From positions 124,001 through 188,000 of IMG/VR virus record IMGVR_UViG_3300009508_000011: a stretch of DNA of 64,000 nucleotides; one strand, 5' to 3'. Positions 19,883 through 30,402 of the stretch are shown one piece after another. How positions within the stretch are numbered: position 1 is the stretch's first letter; each line of letters begins with the position of its first letter. Position numbers and translations under genes: made by a program. The notes below the pieces were generated by a model, which did no database searches, was not told the DNA's origin, and worked only from the letters and a program-made list of their open reading frames with translations.

Positions 19883-22800
19883 ATGTCCGACGATTATGAC
19901 ATCGAAGATGATGGCTTTGATAGCTTTGATGATTTCGATGCTCCTGATTTCGACGGTGATGTCGGGGGCGGAAGTAAAGACCGTACACCCATCACGGTGG
20001 CGGCTACTAGCTTCACCGAAGCAGCTACTAGTAACCTATTAAGTGTTAACGCTGCGCAACGCATTGCCAGAAAGGGCTTACCTAAAGGATATAGCGAAGC
20101 TGCCGACCTTGTCGACGATGTAGCATTTGAGGCTTCTGACCTATACGATAAAGCCGAGAAAAGGTTAGAACCTGCTATTAAATCTGCCAAAGAAGCTACT
20201 CGTGGTCTTCTCCCTAAAGCTGAAGGTATTTTACCGAAAGGCGTCTACGAGAAAATAAACTCTTGGTCAGAGGACGATTCACGTCGTGGTAGTAATGTAA
20301 ATGCGGATGAGGAAAGTATAAGTACTGCCCTTAGTAGCATCTTTACTACGCAGATGGAAGAACAGGAAAGGGATAAGCAAGAAGAAAGAGTTCAGGGTGC
20401 GTTTAAAGACCAAGTCGAGAACCAACGACATGAACAAAGCGTAGATAAACTTTCACTTATCCAACAGTCTATGTCTAGACTTGTAGGGTATCAGGATAGT
20501 ATTACCGCTGCTTACCAAAAGAAATCCCTTGACTTACAATTCCGTCATTATTTTGCTGCTCGTGATTTACTCAAATTACAAACTGCTAGTAACACTGATG
20601 TAATCACAGCGTTAAACGATATCAAAACAAACACTGGTTTACCTGACTGGGTTAAAACTCAGAACTCAGAGAACTTCCAGTCTATGTTACAAGAACGTCT
20701 TATGGGCGGGACTGTTGATAACGTAAGTGACTACATGCAAAGCTTTCGCACTAATCTGATTAGTGGCGTTAAAGATAAAGTAATGGAGACAGTCGGTGAA
20801 GTAGCTGACGGTATCAGTGAAATATCTGGCGGTATTACACAGTTAAATGAAGCCTCTGAAATGATGGGTGGAATGGAAGATGGTCCTAAGGATTCTGGAG
20901 CTACTAAAGCTGCTGGCTTTGCCGGTGATGCTGCAGGTGGTGCCATATCTAATAAAATCATCGGTATGGCTGGTAAAGCCTTACAGAAAGAAACTGGGGC
21001 TAGTAAGTACATTGTAGAGAAAGGTCTAGCTGCTTCTAACATGGTTCGCGGTGCTGATGGTAAACTTAAAGAGTTTATCGACACTGCTGATGATAGAGAT
21101 GGCATTGCTGGTATGTTTGGTAGATTCCTTAAGGAAGCTGCCCCTACTCTTAATACTAGACCTGAAGTATTGCAGAATTTATCTAAGGATGCTACTGCTA
21201 GTGTTCAATGGGATGTATTGTCCCGTAGGACATTAATAGAAATAATTCCTGAGTACTTGGCACGCATTACCCAGAATACTGAATCTATGGCTACGGGTCA
21301 ACCAGCTGAGAAGATGGTGTTCAGTAAACTTAGTGAACGGTTTGTCACTGAGGGTGAGGCTGTTGCTGAAGCTACTGATAAGTTTGTTAAGCGTTCTGAA
21401 ATTACCGACTATCAAGAAAGGAATCAAAAGCTACTGAATAAAATATTTGGTGATGCTAAGATATCTGAAGAAGCAAGAGCAGTTATGTCCGAGCAGATTC
21501 ATACAGACCTTGACCGTGGTTGGAATATAGACCCTCGTCGTTATGTTGAGACTGGTGCATTCGAAAATAGATTTGACCGTGATGCAGTTGGTGAACTTCA
21601 GGAATTCTTCCGTGATAAGTTCAAGGCTAAAGACGTAGGTGAGGGCGGTAAGGAAGACTGGGAGTTTGATTTAAGCGAACAGAACCTGAAACAGATTGGA
21701 AACATCTTCAATGAAGGTAAGAATCTACAACAGGTTATTCCTAACATGCAAGGGGCTATTAACGAGTTCGTAGGGACTGGTGATAAAGACTTGTTACGTT
21801 CTACAGGATGGATTGATGATACATCGGGTAAAGACCAATTTAATCTGGAAAGAATGAATGGTTTACTCACTGGTCGTTTGTCTCTGGATGACCTACAGTC
21901 TGAATGGGATAGGTACTCTTTAAAAGAGGAACGTAAAGAAAATAGTACTAAGTGGAGAGAACAGGACAGAGGTGAGTGGCAATTGGGAGACCAACCACAG
22001 ACACCTACAGTTGAACGTACTCGTTCAGTTGAGCAATCCGTTACTCCAATGGCTGGTAAAGACTTAGATATAGTTTCACAACTTACTAGGGTACTTAACC
22101 AACATGCTGACAACAGTAAGGGTAGTTTGGATAAGTTATCATTATTAGTTAGTACTGGTACTGAAGCCCAAACTCTAACAAGTCAACAAGTAGGACTCCT
22201 AACGGAAATCCGTGACATACTTGCTACTCAACAGGTCAATGGTCTTTCTGCTGAAGAATCGGCAATGGGTGCTGAGCTACTTAAGAAATTAGGAGCTGGT
22301 GCTGGTATTGACCAACCATCACTGATGGGTAATCTATCTAGTAAAGTTATGGGTGCTGGTAAAGCTGGTATCGATATGCTTGGTAGTTACTATGGAATGT
22401 TGGGTAATGCTGCTGGGTCTGCCTTAAACTTTGCTAAAGAGAAAGGTTCTGCCGCACTAGGTTACTTAGGTGCTAAGAAAGATACCGTTGATGTATTCAT
22501 TGCCGGTATTAAGAAACCTGCTCTTAGGGCTGACTTTATAAAGGCTGGTAGATATGTCGATGTTGCTACTGGTAATGTCATCACTAACCTTAAAGATATA
22601 ACTGGTGCTGTTAAGGACTTGTCCACAGGTAATCTAGTTATAACTGAAGAAGACTATGAAAATGGTATTTTCGATGGTTCTGGTGAATCTTTAATCAGTA
22701 GACTTGGTACAGGTGCTAGAGATTTAGTATCTGGTGGTGTAGACATGCTAGGTGGTTACTATGGGTTCCTATTCAAGGGTGCTAGTAGTATCATTGGTGG

Positions 22801-25800
22801 TGTGAAGGAAAGAGCCATTGGCTTAGACCGTAAACTTAAAAACCAAGTCGATGTGTATGTTAAAAGTCGCATGGGGGATGGCCCTGCTTTATTAAGGACT
22901 AAATTACTACGTGGTGCTTACTTCGATAAGGATGGTAATTCGATATTCTCCATTGGGGACATCGATGGACCTGTCTACGATGAAGAAGGTAACATGGTTC
23001 TTACCGATGAAGATATTTCAGCTGGATTAGTTGACCCTCAGGGTGAAGAGATTCAAATTGCTGGATTATTCGGTAACGGCGTTGGTATGATTGGTTCTGG
23101 TATTGGGTTAGCAAAGACTGCTGGTTCTAAAGTGTGGGAAGCCTTAAAGGGTTACTACTCTGGAATTGGAAAAGCTGGTAAGAGTCTGCTAGATAGATTT
23201 AAGGGTGGTATTCCATCTATGGGTGGCGGTGATGTTGATGTAATGAACATCAGTGCTAACACAGTTTACCTTAATGGTAACATCCAACAATCTCCTGCGG
23301 AAGCTGCTGGTACAGCTGCACCTACCGTTAACGAAAATGTTAGCGATATTGGGGAGCAGTTGAAAGGTACTGCTACAAACATCAAAGACCGTGCTACTGA
23401 AGAAATAAGCGTTGCTGCTTCAAAGGCTAAAGATGTTGCCGATAAGGCTGTCGACAAAGTCAAGTCTGTAGATACAACCAAAGCTGAAGAGACTATCAAG
23501 GATGTTAAGAACAAAGCTACTGACAAGCTTGCTCAGGCTAAGGATAAACTACTTGGTAAGGAACTCGGTGAGGATACTGTATTAGTTGGTGATGCTGATG
23601 GTAACGTTAGTATTAAGACTGAGAACAATACAATCCCTGCTGGCGATGGTTCTACCAAAGGCTATATGGCTTCATTGCTAGCTTACTTCCATGGTAAGGA
23701 TGACCGTGAACTGAATGACACCGACGGTGATGGTTTCAGGGACGGTGGTTGGAGAAGTAAACTCTTCGGTAAAGATGAAGAGGAAGACGGAACCGACAAG
23801 GGTGATGGTCAATCTGAAACTAAACCTAAAGGAAAAGGTATGCTAGCTGGTTTAGCTGGTGCACTTGGGTTTGGTGGAGATGATGATGACGGTGGTAGTC
23901 TGGCTGGTGATATAGCATCTGAAGCTGCTGGTGAAGTTATCGGTGATAAAATATCCGGTAATGGTAAAGATGAAGATGGTGGTCGTAGAAGACGCAACGG
24001 TCCTAAGGTTAAACCAAAGGGTCGTATGGGTCGAGCATGGCAAGCCATTAAAGGTGTCGGTAGTGGGGCTAAGAAATTAGCTACGTCTGGTAAAGGCCTT
24101 GGTCTACTAGGTGGGACTGCTGCTACTATTAGTACCGCAGGTGGAATGCTCTCAGGGGCTGGTGGTTCTGTAGCTACTAAGATGGCTGCTACATCAGGAC
24201 TTAAGAAAGCCGCACTGTGGGGACTCAAGGGAGCATTAGGTTTAGCAGGTGGTATCTTAGCTGCGCCAGCAGTTGGAACAGCCTTAGCGATAGCCGGAGC
24301 TGCTTATACGGCATATGAAGTATTTAGCTTCTTTAGTAACCGTGAAGGCACTGAGCCATTGGAAGAATACCGCTTCCGTCAGTATGGTTTAGACCCAGAG
24401 GACAGTAGTCACCGTTCATTCATTCGTCAGTTAGAAGATGAAGCAATTGACCATGTTAATTATCGTGGTCAAGAGGGAACTGAGAATAGTCTAGATTTAC
24501 CAGAGGACTTCCATGATGACATTCTGGAACTATTGAATATAGACCTTAGTGTTCCTTACGAAGAAGACCCAGAGAACTCTAGACGAGCAAGTGCTTACGG
24601 TCAGTGGTTCAATAACAGATTTAAAGAGGTATTCCTTTTACATCATGGTATTTCCATGGCGTTGGACCCCGATGTTGATTTGTTGGACATTGATGATGAG
24701 TTAGATGACTCTAAGAAGTTAAAGTTTACTAAGGGAGCTTACTATCCTAACGATGGAACTGGTCGCAGCCCTTACTTCATTCCAGCAGATATGATGGAGG
24801 ATTATGAATCTGATGTCGGTTACGACAAGATTGATGAGATGAAGAAAGGTCTCATGGAAGAGTACAAGGAAGATGCTGAAGGCGAAGAGAAGACCAAAGA
24901 AGAAGGTTCTAGTTTCTTAAGTAAATTAGGAACAGCTGCTTTAGCGGTGACTCCAGTTGGTGCTTCATTAGCACTTAAGAAAGTCATCAGCGATAAACCT
25001 AAAACGGAAGACAAGGTTGCTGAAGTAGTTGAGGGTGATGGTGGAAAGGAAGTAGTTACTGAAAGAAAAAGAGCTGACTACGACGCCATAAAGGCAAAAG
25101 CCCTGTCCCGAATGTCCGATAAAACTAGGCAATATATAGAAGGTAAAACTGAAGAACGGTCTGCTAAGGCTGGTACTGAAGCAGTTACTAAACCACCTAT
25201 ATCTACAGCCACTGCTGTGAAGCGTAAGTTGAAGACTTCTAAGGTCTCTGGTAAGAGCGGGTTTATAATGCCCACTGATGGAAGAATAACTTCTAACTTT
25301 GGTAAGAACACCAACTCCGATACTGGTGAGGTTACTTTTAATTCTGGTATAGATATCGTTGCTCCTAAGGGAACAGAGGTATTGGCTACTCAGGGTGGGG
25401 TGATAACTCGTAGAGGATACTCTCGCAATGATGGTAATGTTATCTACATCGATAATGATGATGGTACACATAGCCGTTACGCTAATCTTGACAAATTCGA
25501 AGCTGGCTATACGGTTGGTGATAGAGTTGAACAAGGGGCTAAAATTGCAGAGGTTGGTGACACTGGTTGGGTTACTAGTCCAAGACTACACTTCGAGGTT
25601 CGTAAAAATGCGCACGATAAGAAATCTGCTGTAAATCCACTTGACCTATTCAAGGGTTCAGTTGGAACTAAGGCTAAGGAACAAGTCGCTGCTGCTATTA
25701 AAGAATCTAAAGAGCAAGTTAAGGTTAGTAAGACGCATGACCAGAAACGTGAGAACGTATCACGTAAGACCACTCCTTTAGTTAAACCTAGTTTAATGGT

Positions 25801-26293
25801 CCCTACTCAGGTAGGTACTAACACTAAACCAAGTTACACTGAAGATACCATTGCTGTAGCAGATACTGACACAGTAGTGGCAACTCCTAAGTCCAAACTT
25901 AACATGGCTCCCGCGAGTCCTATTAGGAAAGGAACTAAGGAAGATAGTGTTGTAGTTGAAGGTGAAGTAATTCAGCAGAGACGTGCACAGTTAAGTCAGG
26001 AGAACGCTAACGTTCGTAGTGAAAAGCAGTTAGAGGCTATCGGCATGTTAATGTCGGAACAGTTGAAGACTCAGCAACGAATGGTTGACGTACTACAAGA
26101 GGTGGCTACCAATACCAAGGCTACGGCTGAAGGTGTACATAAGCAACCTCAATCGACTACTATCGAGGGTGAAGCAACCCAAGTTAAAAAGCCGGTACAA
26201 CCTAACTTATCAGTGAAGCAACTAAGTGGTCTAATGAACCAAGGTAAATCTAAATCAGTTTCTTACCCTCTACTTATGGGTCGAAACAAGTAA
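19883..26293 (+). CDS. Giant tail protein (tape-measure/lysin-like, phiKZ gp181-like) with degenerate M23 domain
   Basis: 2136 aa, divergent from the vRNAP operon as in phiKZ. Helical and Gly/Ala-rich segments, a hydrophobic AAPAVGTALAIAGAAY stretch, and an M23/LytM-like domain at about 25260-25620. Confidence 0.8.
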   Translation: MSDDYDIEDDGFDSFDDFDAPDFDGDVGGGSKDRTPITVAATSFTEAATSNLLSVNAAQRIARKGLPKGYSEAADLVDDVAFEASDLYDKAEKRLEPAIKSAKEATRGLLPKAEGILPKGVYEKINSWSEDDSRRGSNVNADEESISTALSSIFTTQMEEQERDKQEERVQGAFKDQVENQRHEQSVDKLSLIQQSMSRLVGYQDSITAAYQKKSLDLQFRHYFAARDLLKLQTASNTDVITALNDIKTNTGLPDWVKTQNSENFQSMLQERLMGGTVDNVSDYMQSFRTNLISGVKDKVMETVGEVADGISEISGGITQLNEASEMMGGMEDGPKDSGATKAAGFAGDAAGGAISNKIIGMAGKALQKETGASKYIVEKGLAASNMVRGADGKLKEFIDTADDRDGIAGMFGRFLKEAAPTLNTRPEVLQNLSKDATASVQWDVLSRRTLIEIIPEYLARITQNTESMATGQPAEKMVFSKLSERFVTEGEAVAEATDKFVKRSEITDYQERNQKLLNKIFGDAKISEEARAVMSEQIHTDLDRGWNIDPRRYVETGAFENRFDRDAVGELQEFFRDKFKAKDVGEGGKEDWEFDLSEQNLKQIGNIFNEGKNLQQVIPNMQGAINEFVGTGDKDLLRSTGWIDDTSGKDQFNLERMNGLLTGRLSLDDLQSEWDRYSLKEERKENSTKWREQDRGEWQLGDQPQTPTVERTRSVEQSVTPMAGKDLDIVSQLTRVLNQHADNSKGSLDKLSLLVSTGTEAQTLTSQQVGLLTEIRDILATQQVNGLSAEESAMGAELLKKLGAGAGIDQPSLMGNLSSKVMGAGKAGIDMLGSYYGMLGNAAGSALNFAKEKGSAALGYLGAKKDTVDVFIAGIKKPALRADFIKAGRYVDVATGNVITNLKDITGAVKDLSTGNLVITEEDYENGIFDGSGESLISRLGTGARDLVSGGVDMLGGYYGFLFKGASSIIGGVKERAIGLDRKLKNQVDVYVKSRMGDGPALLRTKLLRGAYFDKDGNSIFSIGDIDGPVYDEEGNMVLTDEDISAGLVDPQGEEIQIAGLFGNGVGMIGSGIGLAKTAGSKVWEALKGYYSGIGKAGKSLLDRFKGGIPSMGGGDVDVMNISANTVYLNGNIQQSPAEAAGTAAPTVNENVSDIGEQLKGTATNIKDRATEEISVAASKAKDVADKAVDKVKSVDTTKAEETIKDVKNKATDKLAQAKDKLLGKELGEDTVLVGDADGNVSIKTENNTIPAGDGSTKGYMASLLAYFHGKDDRELNDTDGDGFRDGGWRSKLFGKDEEEDGTDKGDGQSETKPKGKGMLAGLAGALGFGGDDDDGGSLAGDIASEAAGEVIGDKISGNGKDEDGGRRRRNGPKVKPKGRMGRAWQAIKGVGSGAKKLATSGKGLGLLGGTAATISTAGGMLSGAGGSVATKMAATSGLKKAALWGLKGALGLAGGILAAPAVGTALAIAGAAYTAYEVFSFFSNREGTEPLEEYRFRQYGLDPEDSSHRSFIRQLEDEAIDHVNYRGQEGTENSLDLPEDFHDDILELLNIDLSVPYEEDPENSRRASAYGQWFNNRFKEVFLLHHGISMALDPDVDLLDIDDELDDSKKLKFTKGAYYPNDGTGRSPYFIPADMMEDYESDVGYDKIDEMKKGLMEEYKEDAEGEEKTKEEGSSFLSKLGTAALAVTPVGASLALKKVISDKPKTEDKVAEVVEGDGGKEVVTERKRADYDAIKAKALSRMSDKTRQYIEGKTEERSAKAGTEAVTKPPISTATAVKRKLKTSKVSGKSGFIMPTDGRITSNFGKNTNSDTGEVTFNSGIDIVAPKGTEVLATQGGVITRRGYSRNDGNVIYIDNDDGTHSRYANLDKFEAGYTVGDRVEQGAKIAEVGDTGWVTSPRLHFEVRKNAHDKKSAVNPLDLFKGSVGTKAKEQVAAAIKESKEQVKVSKTHDQKRENVSRKTTPLVKPSLMVPTQVGTNTKPSYTEDTIAVADTDTVVATPKSKLNMAPASPIRKGTKEDSVVVEGEVIQQRRAQLSQENANVRSEKQLEAIGMLMSEQLKTQQRMVDVLQEVATNTKATAEGVHKQPQSTTIEGEATQVKKPVQPNLSVKQLSGLMNQGKSKSVSYPLLMGRNK

Positions 26294-26299
26294 CGTTTT

Positions 26300-26329
26300 G
26301 GGAGGCCTCGTGCCTCCCATTATTTTTTT
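26300..26329 (+). terminator. Intrinsic terminator
   Basis: GGGAGGC-CTCGT-GCCTCCC followed by a T7 tract. Confidence 0.75.
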
Positions 26330-26349
26330 CTTTTATAGGGAGTAGTTCT

Positions 26350-28296
26350 ATGAGCGGTTTAAAAGATTCGTCATGGCTACGACAAGCATTCATACTTCCG
26401 AGTACTGAAAAGGCTATCACTGCCAAAGATAATTTTAATCGTAGTTACAGTGCAGCTTTTAATAAGTTTACAGATACTACCCCTGGTGGTAACTTTACGA
26501 TTAACAATCCGCCACAAGCATGTCGGAATGCCGATATTAAAAACATAGCACTCAGAGACTATCTGGGTAGACAGAACATCAAGGCATCCAACTGTAAAGG
26601 TATGGGGCGTTTCTATAGTGAAGCGTATGATGATAATTCTGTAAAGGTTCACCTTAGTTTTGGTGTTCCTGAATTCAACAGTATAACTAGATTCTTTTCT
26701 AACTTCTACGACCCTGAGATGGGTTCTATGGCTAGAACTGGTGAAACAGCAGGGCTTAGTTATTCATTAGGTAAAGCCTTGGGTTGGTTAGTATCAGCAC
26801 CGTTGATTCCTTTCGTACTTGCCGGTTCTTTAATTAGATACTTAAGTGGTAAGCCTAATAGTAAATTCTATTATGTCAAGCCTACCATGGGTCCTTATTG
26901 GAACGCCGTAAACTTAATGGCTAATAAGTTAGCTGTTAATATTGGTATACAGCCTGGTGTATTTGGTAGTAGTACTACTGAAGAGATTGTTGCCGGTATG
27001 GGACAAACAGCTGGTAAAGCTAAACGTGCCGATTATTCCAGTGATACCCCAGGTGCTAGTTGGGATGACTATACTAAAATACTACCAGATGTCTTCAGAC
27101 GTGAGGGTGGTATAGACGTATACGCTATGGCTACTAGGGCACAACGCATTTACGATGCGCAATTAAACGCACAGATAAAAGCCATTGAGGGAGCTGCTAC
27201 TGAAGCAGACCTTGAAGCTAAACTTGCTGCTATTGCTGGTGGTAACTTCGATAAGAATGTTAACAACAAAAATATTCGTGACTACACAGAGAACTATCGT
27301 AAGTCTAGTCTTGCTAAAGTTAAGGATGCCGAAGCTAGAGAGAAAGCAGCGGCTGGTGGTGAAGAAGTACTTAAGTCTGACGACTCAAGCTTTACTGACT
27401 ACCTACAGGCTGAGCTACGAGATGGTTCTAATTGGGTAGCCTTTCGTTTAGATGAAGTTGGTAGCATTGGTGAGAGTTTCAATAACTCTACTAAAGAACC
27501 AGGCATCGCATCTACTATCAATGGTATTTCTAGTAATGCTAGGGATATGAAAACAAACGCTATGAACTTTAATCTAGGTGATGGTGTTGTTGGTGAAACT
27601 ATTGGTGCGTTTAAAGATGCTATCGTTAGCTTTGCTCAGGGTGCTCTAGATGGTGTAGGTCTAAGTGGTGTTGCTGTTTTAGGTGGTGGTGCTATGGCAG
27701 ATATTCAGAATGTGTGGGATAGTTCTTCAGCTAGTCTTCCGTCTGAATCCTTTACCATTCAGTTAAGAAGTCCTTATGGTAACAAGGTAAGTCTTTTCCA
27801 GAATCTTTACATTCCATTGTCAATGATTCTTGCTGGCGCTTTACCTCTATCTACAGGACCTAGTTCTTATACCTCACCGTTTATGTGTCAATGTTTCGTT
27901 CCGGGACGTATGCAAACTCGCTGTGGTATGATTACAGACTTGAGTATTACTCGTGGTACTTCAAATGCTGGATGGAGTGTTGATGGGTTACCTACTGGTA
28001 TTGATATAACATTTACCGTTACTGACATGTCCTCTATTTTACATGTTCCTCTAGATGAGCGAGCTGGTATTCTAGATGACGACAATGCCTTTAATGATTA
28101 CATGGCTATATTAAGTGCCTTAGGAGTAGCTGAACAATTCTACCCTACTGCTAAACTTAAGCGGGCGTGGGCTACTAAAGTACGAAGCTTCGAGAGTATG
28201 TTCTCGTATGGTAGAACTGCTCAGTGGGCTGCTGGTACAATGCCTGGTAAATTATTATCAGCATTCTACCGTGGTGGTGCTAGTATTAGTAACTAA
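26350..28296 (+). CDS. Baseplate/tail structural protein, phiKZ gp182-like
   Basis: 648 aa after the gp181-like gene. Motifs KFTDT..GGN..IN.PPQ, L..PYGN..S and G.I..LSITRG. Confidence 0.7.
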   Translation: MSGLKDSSWLRQAFILPSTEKAITAKDNFNRSYSAAFNKFTDTTPGGNFTINNPPQACRNADIKNIALRDYLGRQNIKASNCKGMGRFYSEAYDDNSVKVHLSFGVPEFNSITRFFSNFYDPEMGSMARTGETAGLSYSLGKALGWLVSAPLIPFVLAGSLIRYLSGKPNSKFYYVKPTMGPYWNAVNLMANKLAVNIGIQPGVFGSSTTEEIVAGMGQTAGKAKRADYSSDTPGASWDDYTKILPDVFRREGGIDVYAMATRAQRIYDAQLNAQIKAIEGAATEADLEAKLAAIAGGNFDKNVNNKNIRDYTENYRKSSLAKVKDAEAREKAAAGGEEVLKSDDSSFTDYLQAELRDGSNWVAFRLDEVGSIGESFNNSTKEPGIASTINGISSNARDMKTNAMNFNLGDGVVGETIGAFKDAIVSFAQGALDGVGLSGVAVLGGGAMADIQNVWDSSSASLPSESFTIQLRSPYGNKVSLFQNLYIPLSMILAGALPLSTGPSSYTSPFMCQCFVPGRMQTRCGMITDLSITRGTSNAGWSVDGLPTGIDITFTVTDMSSILHVPLDERAGILDDDNAFNDYMAILSALGVAEQFYPTAKLKRAWATKVRSFESMFSYGRTAQWAAGTMPGKLLSAFYRGGASISN

Positions 28297-28310
28297 CGAA
28301 AAAAAAATAT

Positions 28311-28327
28311 GGAGGGCGCAAGCCCTC
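28311..28327. terminator. Bidirectional terminator
   Basis: GGAGGGC-GCAA-GCCCTCC between convergent genes, with an A-tract on the left. Confidence 0.75.
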
Positions 28328-28340
28328 CTATTTATGTCGT

Positions 28341-29474
28341 CTAGACTCTTGGTCGGATATGCTGTGGATAGATAGTATAACTAATCTTCCTATGGCTTCC
28401 AACGATAGCTACGTTTGCAGTATGTGGTTTCCTATAACCTAAAACATACAGTGCTTCATCAGTTGCTCTATAGTAATGCGTTAGGTCATTAACCATTGTA
28501 CCGTTACGGTTAACTTTAAACCAATCAGGGTCTATGTCATCTAGGGCCTGAACTAGAGCATCGTGTGCTGTTCCGATATCTTGATTAAAGCTATCCATGA
28601 AACCCCAAGGATAAACTCTGAGTATATCCGGTACCAACTTAGGATTGAATCTAGTTAGGTATTCGGTAGCTGCCTTGTCCTGATTGTTAGTCTTTAACTT
28701 AGAGGCAACCTTTCTAACAAACCTTACTTGCTTATCGCTTTGGAAGTCTGTTAGTGTAGTCTCCATGAAGTTAGTCGATAACCCTTCAAGGCGAGGACCT
28801 TGTTTATCAAGGATGGAATCGTAAGAGTCATCGGTTAACCACTTAGCCCCACAACGTAAAGCTGCCAAAAGACTTGCATCCTTTGCTGCTCCCCTACCAC
28901 GGTCATCGTCATTACTACCGAACAATACATCAGGAAACAGAGATGACATATTGGATAGTAAACCCTTCATTGACTTATCACACTGCGTAGTGCTCCAGTC
29001 ATATTCTTTTAAAAGGTTTAACTTAACTTTATTGTTGTAATCGTCCAGTGAGAACTCAGGTGCAATATCTTTAAGTCTCTTTTCAAGACCTACTGCTTTA
29101 GATAGTTTATCAATTGCTTTGGTATTACCTTCCAAAGAATCAATGGAACCATCTTCTTTCATTTCGTTAACAACTTCATTAGCTTTGTCAACGTCGTTAG
29201 TTGGTATATTGGCAACAGCATTAAGTGCAGCTGCTCCACCGGGTGAGGAATTGACCTCTGAAGCCGTAGAAGACATACTCTTGCCAGCTTCTGATTTCAT
29301 AGCTTCTTGTTTTTCTGGTGGGGTAACTTCAGGTATTAAGGCATCGAATGTTGCCAACTCCCCTTCAGCATTAACCGCTGCTGCTTCTGCAGCCACTACC
29401 GCCGCAGAATCGCCAACTAATAAATCATCATCGCCCCCATTGATGTAATAGGGTTCTGCAAGTTTACCTGCCAT
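28341..29474 (-). CDS. Hypothetical, possibly virion-associated protein
   Basis: 377 aa with an acidic, Ala-rich N-terminus. Confidence 0.6.
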   Translation of the reverse strand: MAGKLAEPYYINGGDDDLLVGDSAAVVAAEAAAVNAEGELATFDALIPEVTPPEKQEAMKSEAGKSMSSTASEVNSSPGGAAALNAVANIPTNDVDKANEVVNEMKEDGSIDSLEGNTKAIDKLSKAVGLEKRLKDIAPEFSLDDYNNKVKLNLLKEYDWSTTQCDKSMKGLLSNMSSLFPDVLFGSNDDDRGRGAAKDASLLAALRCGAKWLTDDSYDSILDKQGPRLEGLSTNFMETTLTDFQSDKQVRFVRKVASKLKTNNQDKAATEYLTRFNPKLVPDILRVYPWGFMDSFNQDIGTAHDALVQALDDIDPDWFKVNRNGTMVNDLTHYYRATDEALYVLGYRKPHTANVAIVGSHRKISYTIYPQHIRPRV

Positions 29475-29520
29475 CTCGGTAGCTCCATTAATTTAGAATC
29501 ATAGAAAAGAGCACAAAAAA

Positions 29521-29550
29521 AAGAAGAGGGGCTGCCAAGCACCCTCTTCT
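29521..29550 (-). terminator. Intrinsic terminator
   Basis: AGAAGAGGG...CCCTCTTCT stem with an adjacent A-tract on the + strand. Confidence 0.65.
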
Positions 29551-29618
29551 CTTATATTCAAATGGAATAAATATAATACTATACTCTATAGATTCAGTAT
29601 TATATTCACTTCGCCCAA

Positions 29619-30383
29619 CTAAGACTTTACGATTGGCTGTCGTAATTTCTCAAAACGTTCAAGTCGTTGTTGTTCAACTTCTTTATAACGGCGTTGGAAA
29701 CACACTCGATTGCACACATTTCTTATTTTGATTCTGTGACTAGATTCTTCGCCATCGCGAAAACAGATTACCTTTAGTGACATTTCATGTACACCTAGGA
29801 ACCTTAATCCACGTAAGAACATTTTCCAAGTCATGGTCTCTGTATGTAGTTCTTTCTCCACTCGGGATTTAACGGCACTTCGCTCACCGCCTCTGTCTGG
29901 TAAACCCAGCTCAGGTGCTTTGAGGAATGTATCCATTAACATTAACCACTTTTCAGGACCTATCTCTAAATCAAGACGTATGTTATTAAATATTTCTGCA
30001 AGTAGGAATCCAGCATCTTTGTTACGTACGATGTTATCGCAGACGTGGATACTTACCTGATTGAAACGTTGTAGTTCAATTTCAAAAGCGACTCGTTCCA
30101 TTCCAAGAACCATAAAGGTTTTACAGAAAACTTTCCAAGCTATTTCATCTTTAGAAAATTCCTTTGTTATATTTCCTTTAAGGGTGGAGCGTGAACTTCC
30201 AGTGTGGACTTCTTCCTGTAGCTCTTTGTCTAGATACTTGTTAACTCTTCTTTCCCATTCCATCGGTGTAACTTCTAGGTTACTTAGGATAGTTCTGAAA
30301 AGTCCAGCTAATGCATCTTTGACACGTCCTCTACCATAGTCGTCTAACTTAAGCAATTGAACCATGCGATTTCTTCCGCGCAT
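29619..30383 (-). CDS. Hypothetical protein with two tandem ~85-aa helical repeats
   Basis: Internal duplication visible in the translation (see findings). Confidence 0.7.
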   Translation of the reverse strand: MRGRNRMVQLLKLDDYGRGRVKDALAGLFRTILSNLEVTPMEWERRVNKYLDKELQEEVHTGSSRSTLKGNITKEFSKDEIAWKVFCKTFMVLGMERVAFEIELQRFNQVSIHVCDNIVRNKDAGFLLAEIFNNIRLDLEIGPEKWLMLMDTFLKAPELGLPDRGGERSAVKSRVEKELHTETMTWKMFLRGLRFLGVHEMSLKVICFRDGEESSHRIKIRNVCNRVCFQRRYKEVEQQRLERFEKLRQPIVKS

Positions 30384-30402
30384 GATGACAATCCTCTGTG
30401 GT

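Noticed and set aside
19894-25773. Numerous antisense ORFs of 60-190 aa within the gp181-like gene, and similar shadows within other long genes
   Set aside because: Typical reverse-strand shadows of codon-biased genes, with Ser/Pro/Leu-rich translations and no motifs.
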